From positions 1-64,000 of the forward strand of contig LVLI01000325.1 in NCBI GenBank assembly GCA_001687465.1: DNA of 64,000 nucleotides, given 5' to 3'. Below the pieces are notes generated by a model that had not been told where the DNA came from, did not search any database, and worked only from the letters and a program-made list of their open reading frames with translations. This document shows positions 22,855 to 36,100 of the stretch, one piece after another (positions within the stretch are counted from its first letter, which is position 1; every line of letters begins with the position of its first letter). Both the position numbers and the translations under genes were made by a program. Source of the DNA: Halocafeteria seosinensis. Its lineage: Eukaryota.

Positions 22855-23995
22855 ATGAGCGATAGTCGGTCGAAACAACGCATAACTAGTACAGACAACA
22901 AGCAGAGGCGCGATGAGAGACGAAAGCATGTGGATACCGTATTTCATCACTTGCAGCAGAAGGTAATTGACCTGTAAGTCGGCCTTGGTTCAGCTTCTGA
23001 CGTGTTAGTTTTGTCCGGCTGACACTGAGTTGGACTTTGAACAGAGCGCAAGAGATACGCACAGCCCATGAAACTCTGGTCCAGCAACTAAACGAGGCTG
23101 ACCAGAAAGCGGAGGAAGAGCATCAGCGAGCCCTCAAAGCGGAGGCCGAAGGGAGTAAAAAGAAAAAAGCCCCCGATCCGACGAAACCGAAACGACCACC
23201 GACGGCGTACTTGATGTTCTGCCGTGAGAATCGCCAACGAGTTGCAAACGAACTGGGAGGTCCCGTTGTCCCGAAAGATGTAACAACCGCATTAGCCAAA
23301 AAATGGAGGGAACTCTCCCCGAGTGACGCGAAAGTAAGTAGTGTGCTTCATTGGCAGGTGCGCGACTGTCGACTGTTTGTAATGGCGTGCGCAGCCATAC
23401 TATGAACGATATCGCGAAGCTATGGAAGAGCATTATGCTGAAAAACAAAGGCTGCAGGAGCAATATAGTCAAAACACAGATGACAATTCTCAGCAGCTAG
23501 GGGATGACAATCAGCAGACAGAGACAGGTAGTCCGAGGGCGGATGCAGAGGATGGCGATACTCATCACCAAACGGACGAGAATCAGTATCAGACAGATGA
23601 AGATAACCACACTCGGCCAAATAGGAACAACTATCACCAGCCGACCAATGGACTCGACCGAAACGGAAGCGATAGGGAACAGGATGAAGCGTCGGGTACG
23701 AACAAAACCGAGGATGAAGAAGCGGGGTCAGAAAATGTACGTGCTTAGGCACTGTCACTGCCACTGGTGTTTGGCTTACCTCATGTGCCATTGGCTACCT
23801 ACAGAAACGCAACCGAAGCGAAGAGGTGAATCCTTCGCAGTTGTCAACTTTTGGACCTGGTTTGGAAGAAAACCGGAAACGGGTATGCTATAGTTACGGC
23901 TGGGTTCTTAAATGGTGTCATACGGCAAAACTACTTAATGATTGTATGCGACGCAGCGGAAGAAAACGAAGAAAAAAAAGCGCACACAAGAGTGA
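22855..23995 (+). CDS. HMG-box protein with an acidic/N/Q-rich linker and basic tail
   Basis: Introns 22974-23044, 23334-23394, 23737-23804 and 23883-23956 give an open frame. HMG box: DPTKPKRPPTAYLMFCRENRQRV...ALAKKWRELSPSDAKPYYERY. Confidence 0.88.
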
Positions 23996-25085
23996 CTATC
24001 TTCCTTCAGCAAGTACTCATCAAGTTGACCCAAATGCAAATGTGGATTGCTCCAACATCAAATAGGGGAAATCGGAGGAAGTTCATCGAATTACACTCAC
24101 ACGCCAGGCTTGTTCTGGGACCTCTGGGCAATTTTCTTTAAAATCAAGACGTGAAAGATCAAAAAAGTCACATATACTTGTGGCACCGCTGTCTACGTGG
24201 ACAAATTCATTTTCCGGCGAAGAATGCGTAGGATGTCTCTACCTACATAGTTGACCACTCCCTGAATTGTCCATCGAAGCCACATAGTACTTCATAGTCT
24301 GAAGTTCAGACGGTGTATAAGATTCCACGCATGCAAACTGCCGTATTTCTGGTATATTCTGCGGAACAGCTAGAATAATCCTCACATGGACTGGATTAGT
24401 GTTGATTCGGTACAACCATAGCACAACCATAGCTTCCGTACACCCGCTATCTTACAAAACTAACTAGCTTGGACATAATAGGTTGTACATAGACTACCAT
24501 AACTGATTCTACGCTGCTAGATTTTTCTAGCTTAAACTTTTTTATTTGTCGGTATTGTCTGACTCACTATGAGTGTGAATTCTTGCGGCGGAAACACAGT
24601 GCGGATCACGCTGACCTGGCTGACAAATCAGTGACAATGCATTGAATGCACTAGTCAGTGTTTCAGGGTATACAGCAGGAAAGCCAGTCAGGTACGCCAT
24701 AGAATGACTCGTTTACTTATTCAGTATTTACAGTTAGGTGTTAGAAGTCTTTGGACCGTAGTTACTGGTGCGACAATTGCACATTACTGGTAAAGGGCTT
24801 CTCAACTTGGAGTTCCCTACCTGGAAGTTGTTAAATTCCTAACCTTAGATCTTCACAAACCACTGTAAACAGTCAGGTATTCCAATGCTTTTAGTCAGTA
24901 TCTTCTTCCCAGATAGTCTTTGCCAACTTGTATATACATAGACAGTGATAAATAGTGATTTGGTGGAAGGGCGATAGAGACGATCTGTGGACGCAAAGGG
25001 GCTAGTGTGGACTCTCTTAACGGCCTCTCGTCTCTAGGAAAGAGCTTGTTTTCGATGTTTCCAACGAGATAGCAGGCGAGCCAGG

Positions 25086-28000
25086 ATGGATTCTACGTCG
25101 TCTACGATGCACTCGACCTCTGCGTCGAGTCCTGGTAAAGGAGGGTCCTTACGGGCTGCGCAAGAAGCTGCACAACAGGCCATTGAGGAAGCTAAAGTGT
25201 GGAGAGATGCTCAGCAGGAGATTGTTTCAATGCTAGAGCAGCAAAATGAAGAGTACACGAACGAACTGTGGCGGGCACAGGTAAGCACCTACTAGATAAC
25301 CCCGAGAAAAGGACCGTCTGACAGGAGTTTTGCTCTCCGTATACACTTGCAGCGCCAACGGGATACCGGTGGATCTAACGCCGTTCGAGCCATTGCTGGT
25401 GTAAGTAGCCTCTGCATCCATTCTGGCTTTGGAAACCGATATTCGCCTCCTTAGTGCCAAATAACTGTGTATCAACGTTGATCTACGTGCAGGTCCGCGA
25501 AGCGAACAGAAAGTGTAACGAAATCGAATCAAAGCTGACGGAAGCGCGAGCCGAATTACAGGAAGCTGAAGATGCCTACAATGAAGCAACGAATGCTTAC
25601 CATGAATATACCAGAGAAATCGAAACGAGTTCCCCACAAAGACAAACTCATGACGAGGATCAATACGTGCAGAAGAAGCGAAAGGAAGCGGACCGCCAAG
25701 TGCAACGCGAGAAAAGATGCGCAGAAGCCACCTACTTTAGAGGCCAATCGGTTGCGGAAGAGGCCAGGCAACAGCATGAGGAAATTGCGCAAACATATGA
25801 TAAAAAGTTAGACGGTTCTAGAAAGGCGAGACAAAAGGCTCGTCCTCGGATTCAGGAAGAAGCGGCCCGGGCAAAAGAGTTATCTGATTTCTCCAAGGAC
25901 TTTCGCCAGCAAGAAAAGCAGTCTCGTCTAAAGAGTATCATAGAGTTGAAGGATAATACAGAGGAGGCACTGAGGCAAATGAGGAGTCAGAATTACATAC
26001 GCAAGAAGAAGCAAGAGGAAAAAAAGAAGCAGCAAGAGTCACGTGCTCGCCAACTGCGGAAGCAAGGTCAAAATCCACACGAGGTGTTCCGTAAGGAGCA
26101 GATAGATGCCCAGTACAATAAACAGAAAAGGGATATTAGAAACCAGATAGCTGATTCAAAACTGCGTCTCGGCGCTGAAGTTGCGGAAGAGGAGGATCAG
26201 CGAAGGAGGAAAGAGGAATCGCAAAGGCTAATGGAAGAGAGGACAATGGCGTCGAAAACAACCAAGACGGCGCAGGAAGAGGAAGCGTCTCGCTTGGATG
26301 AATATATGCGATCGAAAACATTGCATGGTGAGAATATTGTGGACGCTGGAGGTAGAAGCAGAAAATTCAATCCTAGCGAAGTAGTGAAGACAGAACGAGC
26401 TCCTCCCAAACTTGGACTGGGAACACTACACAAGGAGCAACCGGAAAGGATGAATGCCCTAGCTCAGAAACATGGATTGAGTACAGTGGAAGATATGCAG
26501 ATGGAGACTAGAACAAGGTTGCAGGAAACTGGTACCACCAAAAAGATGGGAACTGGAAAACAGATTTCTCAAAGAGAGCTATCGAATCTGGAAAAGAAAA
26601 TGATGCGGGATGCCAGGGAACGCCAGCGTCAGAATATCAGTGGGCCTCAGGTTGTCATGGGGAAAACCTTTGAAACAGCAGGATTCACTAGTTCTCCGGC
26701 GTGCATCGAGTTCAAAGACTACGACCCAGACAATTTGCAGCCTTTGGTGCGCACGTTTACCCTGACGAACACAAGTCTATCTTTCAATTCCTTTAAGATA
26801 CTTCCGCTCCCAGACTCAATCAGAGATCTCTTCGAAATTGAATTCAAACCTCCTGGGAGGATGTCTGCCGGATTGTCTTGTAAAATAAAGATTACTTTCT
26901 ATCCGCGTATACCTCAGGACATTAACTCCTTCATAGATGTGAGGACGTCTATTTCGCAAATGTCGATTCCGTTGCGAGCCACCTATGCCAAAGCCAAGCC
27001 AGTTTTGAAAACACCGGTGGTGGACATTGGTGACGCTACAAGAGGTAGCAAGCAAAGACAACCACTGATACTGGCAAATGAGGGTGCACTTGCAATAAAT
27101 TATTATACTCGGGTTGAAGGCGTCGAAAAGCATGAGGAAGATGCATCGTATTTCTCGTTGCCTGCCTCCGGCAAATTGGCGGGATATGGGGAAGCCCGGG
27201 TGCCCGTTACATTTGCTGCCCCTGGTGTGGAACCCGAGGCCAACACTACGGATACTCCTCGAGATTTTGCTACAAAAGCTATAGTCGAATTTGAGCCAGT
27301 GAATGTGGGAAAAGATGCGGAAGGCCTGGAAGACTCCATTGAGTTACTTACAAAAGCTAGGGCTTTACCGTTACCTCTGTTTCTGCTGAGTCACATTCGT
27401 GATGCGAAGACATGCATGATAGGAAAACCTTACCGTATTGAAATCCCAGTTTTCAATAGAGGGAGCATATCATATAAGACTCAAATTAAACTCCCCTCAA
27501 AGCTACGTGAAATGGAGGTGGTTGGCGTGAGCTCCACGTTCGGCTTCGTGCAACAGTCGCCAAACAAAGACATTCCCCGGAAAGAGAACGCAGGGTTCAT
27601 ATTCTCTGTTGGGTTAACAATACCCGAGAGTGCAGTAGAGGTTGTATCAGAAGACTCACAATCAGAAGGAAAAGGAAACACGGACTACTCAAGACTGACT
27701 GGTAAGTACAGCATCCGTATAAAAGACGAGAGACTCTCTGCATACGTGGACACTCAAACGAACTGTTTGAGTATCCCTTTTTCGCTAGTATCTGAAGATA
27801 TGCCCCTTCCAGTAGAGGGTTCCATTCAAAGTACGATTGCTCCAGGGCAACTAATCGTTGATCCTCCAGAGTTGGACTTTGGCCACTGTAGAATTGGGCA
27901 AGACGTGAGCCGCCAAGTATTGATAAGCAACTCATCTCCGATACCGGTGAGATTCGGCGTTGTTGCGGCATCTGAGCACTTTCATGTTACCCCCTCTAGT

Positions 28001-29839
28001 GGCTTTGGAGCCCTATTGCCAGGAGAAGGAAGGTTCTATGATATAGTATTTTCTCCCTCTACAAGAGAAACATTAACCGAGAAGATTTCCTTCGAAAATA
28101 CATTAAACACCGCGTGTGTGTGCAAGTGCGACGGCGAGGGACTAAAGCAGCAAATACAGGTATCCAATAATCGGATCATCATGCCAGCGCTAGCCGTGGG
28201 TGAAGAGTGCTCATCAGTAGTGACTGTCACAAACATTGATGATTACCCTCTCAACATAAAATTGCTTGCGCCGGCGCCTTCCACTAGTCAGGTGTCTGTT
28301 TATCCAACGCGAATGGTGGCGTTACAGCCCGCTCATGAGCTGGCTGTTGATTTCCATGCCTCCATTAAGGAATGGTATCCAAAAGGGACAGAAGAGCAAG
28401 AGTACAGCCAACATCGTCGATGGTTATATGGAATTGCTGCTCAACGAGTTGACGCAGTGGATGCTTTAGATAGAATGTCAAAGTGGAGGCCCCACTTAAG
28501 CGAGTGTGTAGGTGTGGAAGTGGACGTGAACGTTGTAGAGAAATCACTGGAAATCAACCCGAAAAGACTTGATTTTGGTGAGTTAGCCATCGGCGATGAA
28601 GGAGACATGACCGTCAATGTACGATGTGTGAAAGCTGAAGGGGAGTCAAATTTTGCTCTCGAAGGACTTTCGCCTACTGGACCGTTTGCCGTAGTGAATG
28701 CCCCGAGAGCAATTTCTTCCGGTCGTTCATGTAATATCAGGATCTGTTTTCGTCCTGAGTTTGCAAGAATGTATGAGGAGACTGCGTACTTTAGAGACTC
28801 TGACAGTGGAGCTCGATGTAGAATACAGCTACGAGGTGAAGGGAAGTCCCCGCTGTTGCGGATGGAACCTGAGAACGGAATGCTGACTTTCGGTAACGTA
28901 TCAGTGGGATGTGTATATTCGAAGCAGGTAAAGGTAACTAATTCTTCCTATTTCAGCGTCCCGGTCCAGCTCATTTGTCGAGAGATGAGGTGGTTAAGTG
29001 CACGTGACAGTGAGTCCACCTGTTTCGAAGTACCATCCAATTCAGACGGCTCCCCTTTACTTGAATATTCACCTGCTGAAGCTGTTATTCCCCCGGAAGG
29101 CTCGCAGTTATTTGTGTTTACATTGAGTTCTACTTCTTCTGTGGAAGACGGGGAGCGCTTGCGGGCTCAATTTCTGTTGAAACCTCAGCAGGAGACTGAA
29201 TTTGGAGAATCAGTCTCGTTACCCATTTCAGTGGAAGCGACGCTGTGGCAGAAGTTCGTTTTTGCCCACTCCTTACAGCACGAGACAGAGGACGGTAAGC
29301 AGCGTGCGGGATATGGTTCTTCGTTCTGTCACAGAATATCTATGACGACACTCTCGAACTCTTCCCAGCCGGGTGGCTCAAGCAGAGGGCCTCTGCAAGT
29401 GAGCGCTACCCCGGACGATGCATCGGACCTTGTGGTCCCTGCCATAAGATTGGGATGTACAGAGCTGCCTGATGATGTGACGTTAGATAAAGGGGCGTAC
29501 GAAATTGTGGTACCAAATGAGCATGCGAACCATGTGTTGGTCGATCCCACCAAGGGAGACTTGAAACCGGGGACAACCATAGATGTGTATTGCAAAATAC
29601 GGCAAGGCGCGAAAAGCTTGTTGTCGGGAGCAGAAAGCGGGTCCCTTATTCGCTTTGAATCTGATGGGCGGTTCGAGCTATTGCAGTACAAAATGGCCAA
29701 CTGTCGCTTGCATTTCACAGGTTCAGCGGGAACTAAAGGAACCAACACAAATTCCCTTAGTCAGGCTTTTGAAGGCACTGTAGAGGAAGATTTACCTCTT
29801 AGAATTGGCTTTGGCATCCCCCATCAGCCCTATGCATAA
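25086..29839 (+). CDS. CFAP74: Cilia- and flagella-associated protein 74-like (coiled coil plus ASH/Ig-like domains)
   Basis: Exons 25086-25280, 25353-25400 and 25493-29839. N-terminal coiled coil, F.LTNTSLSFNSFK...FKPPGRMSAGLSC, and repeated P..LDFG ASH-domain starts. Confidence 0.85.
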
Positions 29840-29880
29840 ATGTGCATAGAGAACAAAGTAAATAGACAACCGCTCGCTGC

Positions 29881-31656
29881 TTATGCATTCCGTGACCTTC
29901 TCTTGCGCCTGCCGCGTGACGATGTGATTTCCTCCTCTCGTGCCCATTTTAAGAAGTTGAGCAGTTCTTGATCACTGTTAAACTTTTCTCTAAGCACCTC
30001 GATTGGGGTCCCCATAAAACTGGATGGCAGCTGTGAAAATGGGCTAGATTGTTCCGTGCGACATTTAGATTCTCTTCCTTGATACGATGCCGGGTCAACC
30101 TCGTCTTCGAAAAAGGAACTCTCAGCGGCTCCATACACCTCTTCGTTATGTACGGAACGATCAACATCCCAATCAATATGCCATGGATCATGTTGATGCT
30201 TCATCAATTCCTCAGGGAACTCTACAGCAGAGCTATCCTTTGCTTCAGAGTCCCTCCAGTGCTTTGGATGGTATTGTCCATGTCGATCAACCCTTCCTTC
30301 TCGTTTCTCCTGATAAATATTATCAGCGTACATTTGTAGCATTTCTGCGCTCTCCTGGGAGGTCAGCGATTGATTCTCTTCAAGGGTACGCGCAGTGTCC
30401 GCCAAGTCTTCCGGAGCTCCGGTTTCCAAAGAATCCGGTAATATTTTATGACTTCGAGGATCTAAGTGTCGTGTTAAGTTCAAGTAGTCTTTCTTATATT
30501 CCCCATAGGATGAATAGATACCTTTCATGTACTCCTCGTCCGGTTCTAGGAGTTGGCTATCTTCTTCCCCTCTATCAGATCTCCGGTTGTTATCCATCCT
30601 GTCATTGACAATTTTATCAATATCAGTCTGAGCAAGTTGCGACAGTTTGAGCAAAAGCACTTGAATTTGAACCTCATCTTCATCCGATGTAGTATTCCTC
30701 TGAAGTGACATCTCGGAAAGAGTATTGTCCAGTATATGCAAACTCTGATCCTCGAACTGCTTTTCGCCCAGCTCTGCGAGCGTTCGAATAGGACTCCACT
30801 CTCGAATCTGATCGGCATTACTGAGTAAATTGGAGCTCGACTTTAAATCGACTCCTTGCTTGTTGAGCAAGTCAGCTAGGTTAGCAGCCACTTGGACCAT
30901 AGTTTCGTCCACTTGGGCTTTCGTCTGTTGCCGCAGATGGTCCTTCTGTTCTCTCTCTTCTGCGCGCTTCAGTTCTAGTGGTAGAACCCCATGTTCCAGA
31001 GGCCCCAAATTCCATTTTTCGTTCCTCTCAGCTTCTCTGTATCGGACATGGTGGTACAAGTCCTTTGGTCGACTTTCTTCCATTATATCGCCCAGTGCCG
31101 GCGTGTCTGTGGGATCCAGATTCTCGTTCAGGAACTCACTGAAGTTGGAACTGCGGAAAAAGTCTTCCAGCCCCTCCTGCGTGAGTAGAGGATATTCTGA
31201 ATCTTTCGCAGCTTGTTTCGCTAATGCGCGTAATTGTTCATCCACACTTCCTCCACCTTCCCCAGGCCCTGGCGGAGGTGTGTGGCTGGCCGTGGCCGCG
31301 CCGCTATCTTGTTGTGGTCCCTTTCCTCGACCAGAAGAGTGCGGTGAGCCTCCTCCCTTCTTCCTCTTATCAGGACCTTGACCTCCTGAAGACTGTTTGG
31401 GCTTTGTATATCGAGCACTGGCATCCTCCTGTCCTACTCCTCCACGAGGCCGGCCTTTTTTCTCCTTTTTATGACCACTCGGAGTGCGTTCCCCCGAGTC
31501 TGTGGCGGCGTACTGACAGAAGGGAGTCGTATGGTAGTGCGAAATGCCCGAAGGACCTGGTACTCGTATACAGGACGTCGAAAACCTCGTAATAAGGCGT
31601 GTATGGGCTTGTGAGGTGCCCCTCATCCCACCACGCCAAAAAGGCACAGATATCAT
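29881..31656 (-). CDS. Uncharacterised protein with a mitochondrial-presequence-like N-terminus
   Basis: Intronless ~591-aa ORF from ATG 31656. The N-terminus is Arg/Ser/Thr-rich and acid-free; the body is acidic and helical. Confidence 0.75.
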   Translation of the reverse strand: MISVPFWRGGMRGTSQAHTRLITRFSTSCIRVPGPSGISHYHTTPFCQYAATDSGERTPSGHKKEKKGRPRGGVGQEDASARYTKPKQSSGGQGPDKRKKGGGSPHSSGRGKGPQQDSGAATASHTPPPGPGEGGGSVDEQLRALAKQAAKDSEYPLLTQEGLEDFFRSSNFSEFLNENLDPTDTPALGDIMEESRPKDLYHHVRYREAERNEKWNLGPLEHGVLPLELKRAEEREQKDHLRQQTKAQVDETMVQVAANLADLLNKQGVDLKSSSNLLSNADQIREWSPIRTLAELGEKQFEDQSLHILDNTLSEMSLQRNTTSDEDEVQIQVLLLKLSQLAQTDIDKIVNDRMDNNRRSDRGEEDSQLLEPDEEYMKGIYSSYGEYKKDYLNLTRHLDPRSHKILPDSLETGAPEDLADTARTLEENQSLTSQESAEMLQMYADNIYQEKREGRVDRHGQYHPKHWRDSEAKDSSAVEFPEELMKHQHDPWHIDWDVDRSVHNEEVYGAAESSFFEDEVDPASYQGRESKCRTEQSSPFSQLPSSFMGTPIEVLREKFNSDQELLNFLKWAREEEITSSRGRRKRRSRNA

Positions 31657-31791
31657 TTTATCTACAACCCCCACTCGGAATAAACACAAAGATCTATAAT
31701 ACTTTCATCCACGTGGGCCCCCCTACAACCATTTCATACCGTCATTCAGTGCATAAAGGTCATGCCACATGCCCAAATCCGGGCGGACGGC

Positions 31792-31804
31792 CCGGTCCCG
31801 GGCC
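31792..31804. promoter_or_regulatory. CCGGTCCCGGGCC motif in a divergent promoter
   Basis: An identical 13-mer occurs at 38792-38804. Both copies lie between head-to-head genes. Confidence 0.4.
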
Positions 31805-31987
31805 AGTCGCCCGGATTTTTGCCGGAAGGATAAGATACAATACGTAGGGTTTTACGAGATATTGACAGTATGTGATCGACATGGACCTTTTCATTTCGAA
31901 CGAGAAGGGTACTCATTGAGTTTGGTTCCCGTTGGAACGAGCGGAGGAGCTGTAATAGGGCGTCTACAGGACGGGGAAGGGGGTGAT

Positions 31988-32983
31988 ATGCGGTCTCGAA
32001 GAAGTCATTATGCGTCTATACACAATGTATCGAGGATATTTTCGCGTGCCACGGGGGCGGTATTGTTAGTTTTAGTAGCACTGGTGCTAAACCCTCACAA
32101 TGCGCTTGGATCGGAATTAGAAAAGCCTCGAAACTTGGCCTCTGCATCATGCAACTCTGTGAAAATACCCAATACGGATGCTGTATACGATCTGTGAGTC
32201 TTTATTCTCTTCTCCTCTGTGTGAATTTTTGTGTGCTTTGGAACGCGGATTCTTGTGCAATGATACTCTTGTTGCTCGCTCAAGGACAATGAAGTTTACG
32301 CTCGCTGTTGCAGTTCTCCGCTTGCGCAACCGGATTCCACCGATGCCTACGGTGCTACATTTCACTTTAATGTATGCGGCGAAGTCAACCCGACGACCAA
32401 AGGTGACGCTGTAGTTTGTCGCTCTCCCCGCGGAGAGCCCGTGAGCGACTGCACACGCTCTTATGGAGATTTCAGTTCGAAGACCGAATTTTCGACGATT
32501 GACGGCTCCTCGGACCCGCGCGATGGCATACAGATTTCATATAATGATGGTCCAAACTGCGGCGGGAATCCCGGGAAGAAGAGCACCGCGCAGTTTCAAA
32601 TATATTGCAAGGAAGATGCAGGTGTGAGGGGTCAAACACAAGTAGTCCAGGAGTCCTGCTCGGTGTCTATACGTTTATTTTCTGAGTATGGATGCCCTCA
32701 TTTTACAACATTTTTCGAACGATTCAAGAATCTAAGTAGTGGTTGGTTGTTCCTTATCATAGTTACGGTTTTCGGTATGGCTTATCTCTTATGCGGCATG
32801 CTCTTCAAAGGATTTTGGAAAGGCGCGTCCGGGCTTGAAGTAATCCCCAATATTGCTTTCTGGAGAACCTTTTTCAATAACGTTTCCTTAGGGGCAAGGA
32901 CGATTCTGGACGCCTTACCGTGTCGACGTACAGTGAAACCGACATATGCAGGCCTCGATGAAAATATGAATCCGAGCCTGTAA
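31988..32983 (+). CDS. Mannose-6-phosphate receptor homology (MRH)/ATG27-like type I membrane protein
   Basis: Exon 1 31988-32193, intron 32194-32313. The splice gives YDLSPL...FHFNVCG. Also I.YNDGPNC, SEYGC, TM SSGWLFLII..YLLCG and GLEVIPNIAFW. Confidence 0.88.
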
Positions 32984-33129
32984 ATGTCGTCTCTTACGGT
33001 TGCTGCCACAGTGGAAAAGGCATGCACCAGCAGATCGTTTCCCCGCTAGGTAGTCACAATAAACATGAACTGTACATTCCGTCTCTTTAGAAAACGGGTG
33101 ACGCATATACTCTCACAATGCTCGTGTAA

Positions 33130-36100
33130 TCAACGTAAAAGCAGATGTCGGGATGACACGAATGACTCCGATACACCACGGCGGACTGACGGCAGAGGCG
33201 GGGAACTTCGACGGGTGACCTCGCCCCCTGAAGATTGTACTGGTGACACGGGCGCTGGAGACATATTATCGGTTTTCGTTCTCGTATTTATTGCCATGGA
33301 TTCATCTTCGCCATCTTCGCTAGGCGGTCTTGGGTTTAACGGGGACAAACCCTGCCGTGAGAAGGGCTGAACGTTGGGTAAAAATTCTGAATCGGTTGCA
33401 TTCGATGGCGGATACAGGCTATTCCCATAGGCCTCAGTGGCTAGAGCACGCTGTCTCGTAATAGCCGACGCTGTTTGTACGGGACGGGCGACTGAGTGGG
33501 GACTGAATGCAGGTTTACTGGCGGAGATATTCGAGGCCTCCGATTCCTTAGAGCTAAAACTCCAGATGCTAAGGCCCGGAAAGGAAGCCTTGTGCCGGCG
33601 AGAGTTTTTTCGAAGGCTCGGCTTCCTCTGCTGCGCGTTACCGTTACTATTCGAGGCATACATATCGCTACAACTAGAGCTCTGAAAATAGACGATACTG
33701 CGCTGGCTACTTACAGAACCCGTTAGACGCTCTCGTGAACTCTCACCTTTAACAGGTGAAGAGCATCTAGCCAAAGTTCCTGCATTATCGTCGGTAGATG
33801 TGTATGCCAGGGTTCGCGAAAAAGAGGAGTTAGTCGGGGCAAAATTGTCAAAAAGAACCTCATTGCTCTTTCCAGAGATTGGTCGCCTGAACCGACCGGG
33901 AACACGGGGTGGAGTATCCCGGGTAGCATCGTCTTTGCATCCTTCCAGAGTCCCATCTCGAAAAGGGTTACGTTTTAGCGGTGATCCCACATTGCGAAGT
34001 CCACCATTAGTCATCGAATTTTCAACGTAGTCGCCAAAAGTCGTACTTCGGCTTTGAGTTTGTTGTACTCTAAAATCATCATCGGCTTGACGGGTGGAGA
34101 ATTTAGAGGATGCATCGCTCTCGTCATTTAATACTTCAACAGCACCCCTGGACGAAGCTCGCCCACGCCTCGCAGAATGAGTTGCGGGCTTGTGGTTTGA
34201 AAATGTGAAACTCTTGGACTTGGAAAGAGGGGACCGCTTATTACGAGTTTTCCTGGAACTTCTAGAGCCCTTGTTTGAGGGCGGTTTCGCTTGGGGAGGT
34301 TTCTGTTTAACGCTCTTTTGCGTCCTCTGAGATTTGCGACGTTTACTCTCCTCGCGCTTTCTTTTTGATATGATCTTCCGAAAAAGGTTTGTCTCCTTCA
34401 GCTCCCCTTCGTCGAGATTGTCTCCGGAGGGGTCTGAATCTGAACCAGCCGATGAATCAGAGTCCGCGGGCAGCATATTCAGAAGACCCAGTGCTTCGTC
34501 GTCTACGTCCCCATTGCAGGGAACAGAATGTTGTACCAATTCAACAGAACCAACATTATCAGCGGTCCTGGATGGGTTGTTCCCGGCTCTCTTCGACAAC
34601 TGCTGTGCCATTTCATGAATCAATTCGCTGAATAACACTCCCCCGTCGTCCAATGCTCTTAGAGGGGGATATAGGCCAGAGGGGCCAACGAATTCACTCC
34701 GTTTAACTTTAGGCGGCCCTTTCCATATCTTTCCGTTCACAGGTCCAACGTCTTTCAAGTTTGACGACAAAGTCTGCTGGAATGCAAAAGCTGAGGGGCA
34801 CATACTCGGATCTTTGCATGGAGGCGGGAATAGCTCATCACGACCGGGGCTTTCGAGAACAATACAATCACTTGATTGACAGGATGAGGTGGACTTATTT
34901 TCAGCCGAAGAGCTTTGGCTATCTGGGTGAGACCAATCCACTTCTTGGGCTACATCAATATCGAAGAACGCCTCGAGAGCGCTGCCGCTTAGACTGCAAT
35001 ACCTCAGCAGAGAGAAGCATAAGCTCTCACCTTGGGCTATTAAATCCGTAGCTGTATAGTGCTTTGGGTATTTGCCTCCGGGGCCGTCCAAAGACGATTT
35101 CCGAGGCACAGCAATCGGATTCTCGAGACCTTTGTCAGAGCGAAAACTAGGACATAGCCAAGACAGAGGATGCGCGACGAAGTCGCAGTCTTCCTCAGCA
35201 TCGCCAGCATTGGCGTATTCCGACGTTTCCTGGCGGGCAGCAATTATGCGATTTTTCCCTGTTTCGGAGTAGACAGTGTCGAGTGCCCTCCTGAGCCTGT
35301 ACCATGCTTCAGCCATAGTGCGGGAGCCAGCGCCGAGTTGCTCAAGCATTGGGCTTTCTTCTTCCTCAGATTCCTCGCCTTGAGGGTCACTCGAAGTACA
35401 TGCTTCCTCCGGGGGAAAATGCTTGATGTTTTCGAAGTTATCAGAAGTGCCTTCCCTGTCGAGCGGGAGCTCTTGGAGTGACACAGGTACAGTGCCATAC
35501 TTTCCGTATTTCGACTCTCTTACCCTGCAAAATAAAATAACAAAAACGCAACGTCATGTAGCATATATGTAACTATAATGCAGTCAAGAATTAATCAAAA
35601 TTACCTGGCATCCATCTTTTTGTTGTCTCCCGTTCCCATAAAAGAAGCCTCAAGTGTGAACGATGCCTCAATTTGGAGGTCCCTCCAAGCACAGACCCGA
35701 CCAGTAGACTTTTTGTTCTGTTGGACGACAAACCTGCAGTCTTCAAACCGAAATCCTGGTTTTCCTACTGTGTCGCTAACACATGGAAAGTGATGGTATT
35801 CAGTTTCTTCATCAGTGTTAGAGCTTCGGTATTCCCTCCTTGCTGAAGATGAAAGCGCATCGGATGACTCTCTTAAACGTAAACAAGGGGCTGCCCAGTC
35901 TCGGGTCGTTGCCGAAGACAAGAGGGCGACAGCTTTATTCTTCGCGGGAAGTCGAAGCGCAATGCGATATAGCCGGGGCAATTCTGCTATTGCGCTCTTT
36001 GGCAAAGGTGATAAGGTGTCTACAGAAGCCCATGGACCTGCAACATCACTAAGGAATCGTTTCCATTGGCCATCATCCCATGAGGTACAAACTGAGGTTT

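Noticed and set aside
24600..24960. Loose CAGTCAGGTA repeats; minus-strand GIPDCL/GVPDWL/LKALEYL resemble LRRs
   Set aside because: Too degenerate, no regular period, and not a CRISPR array.
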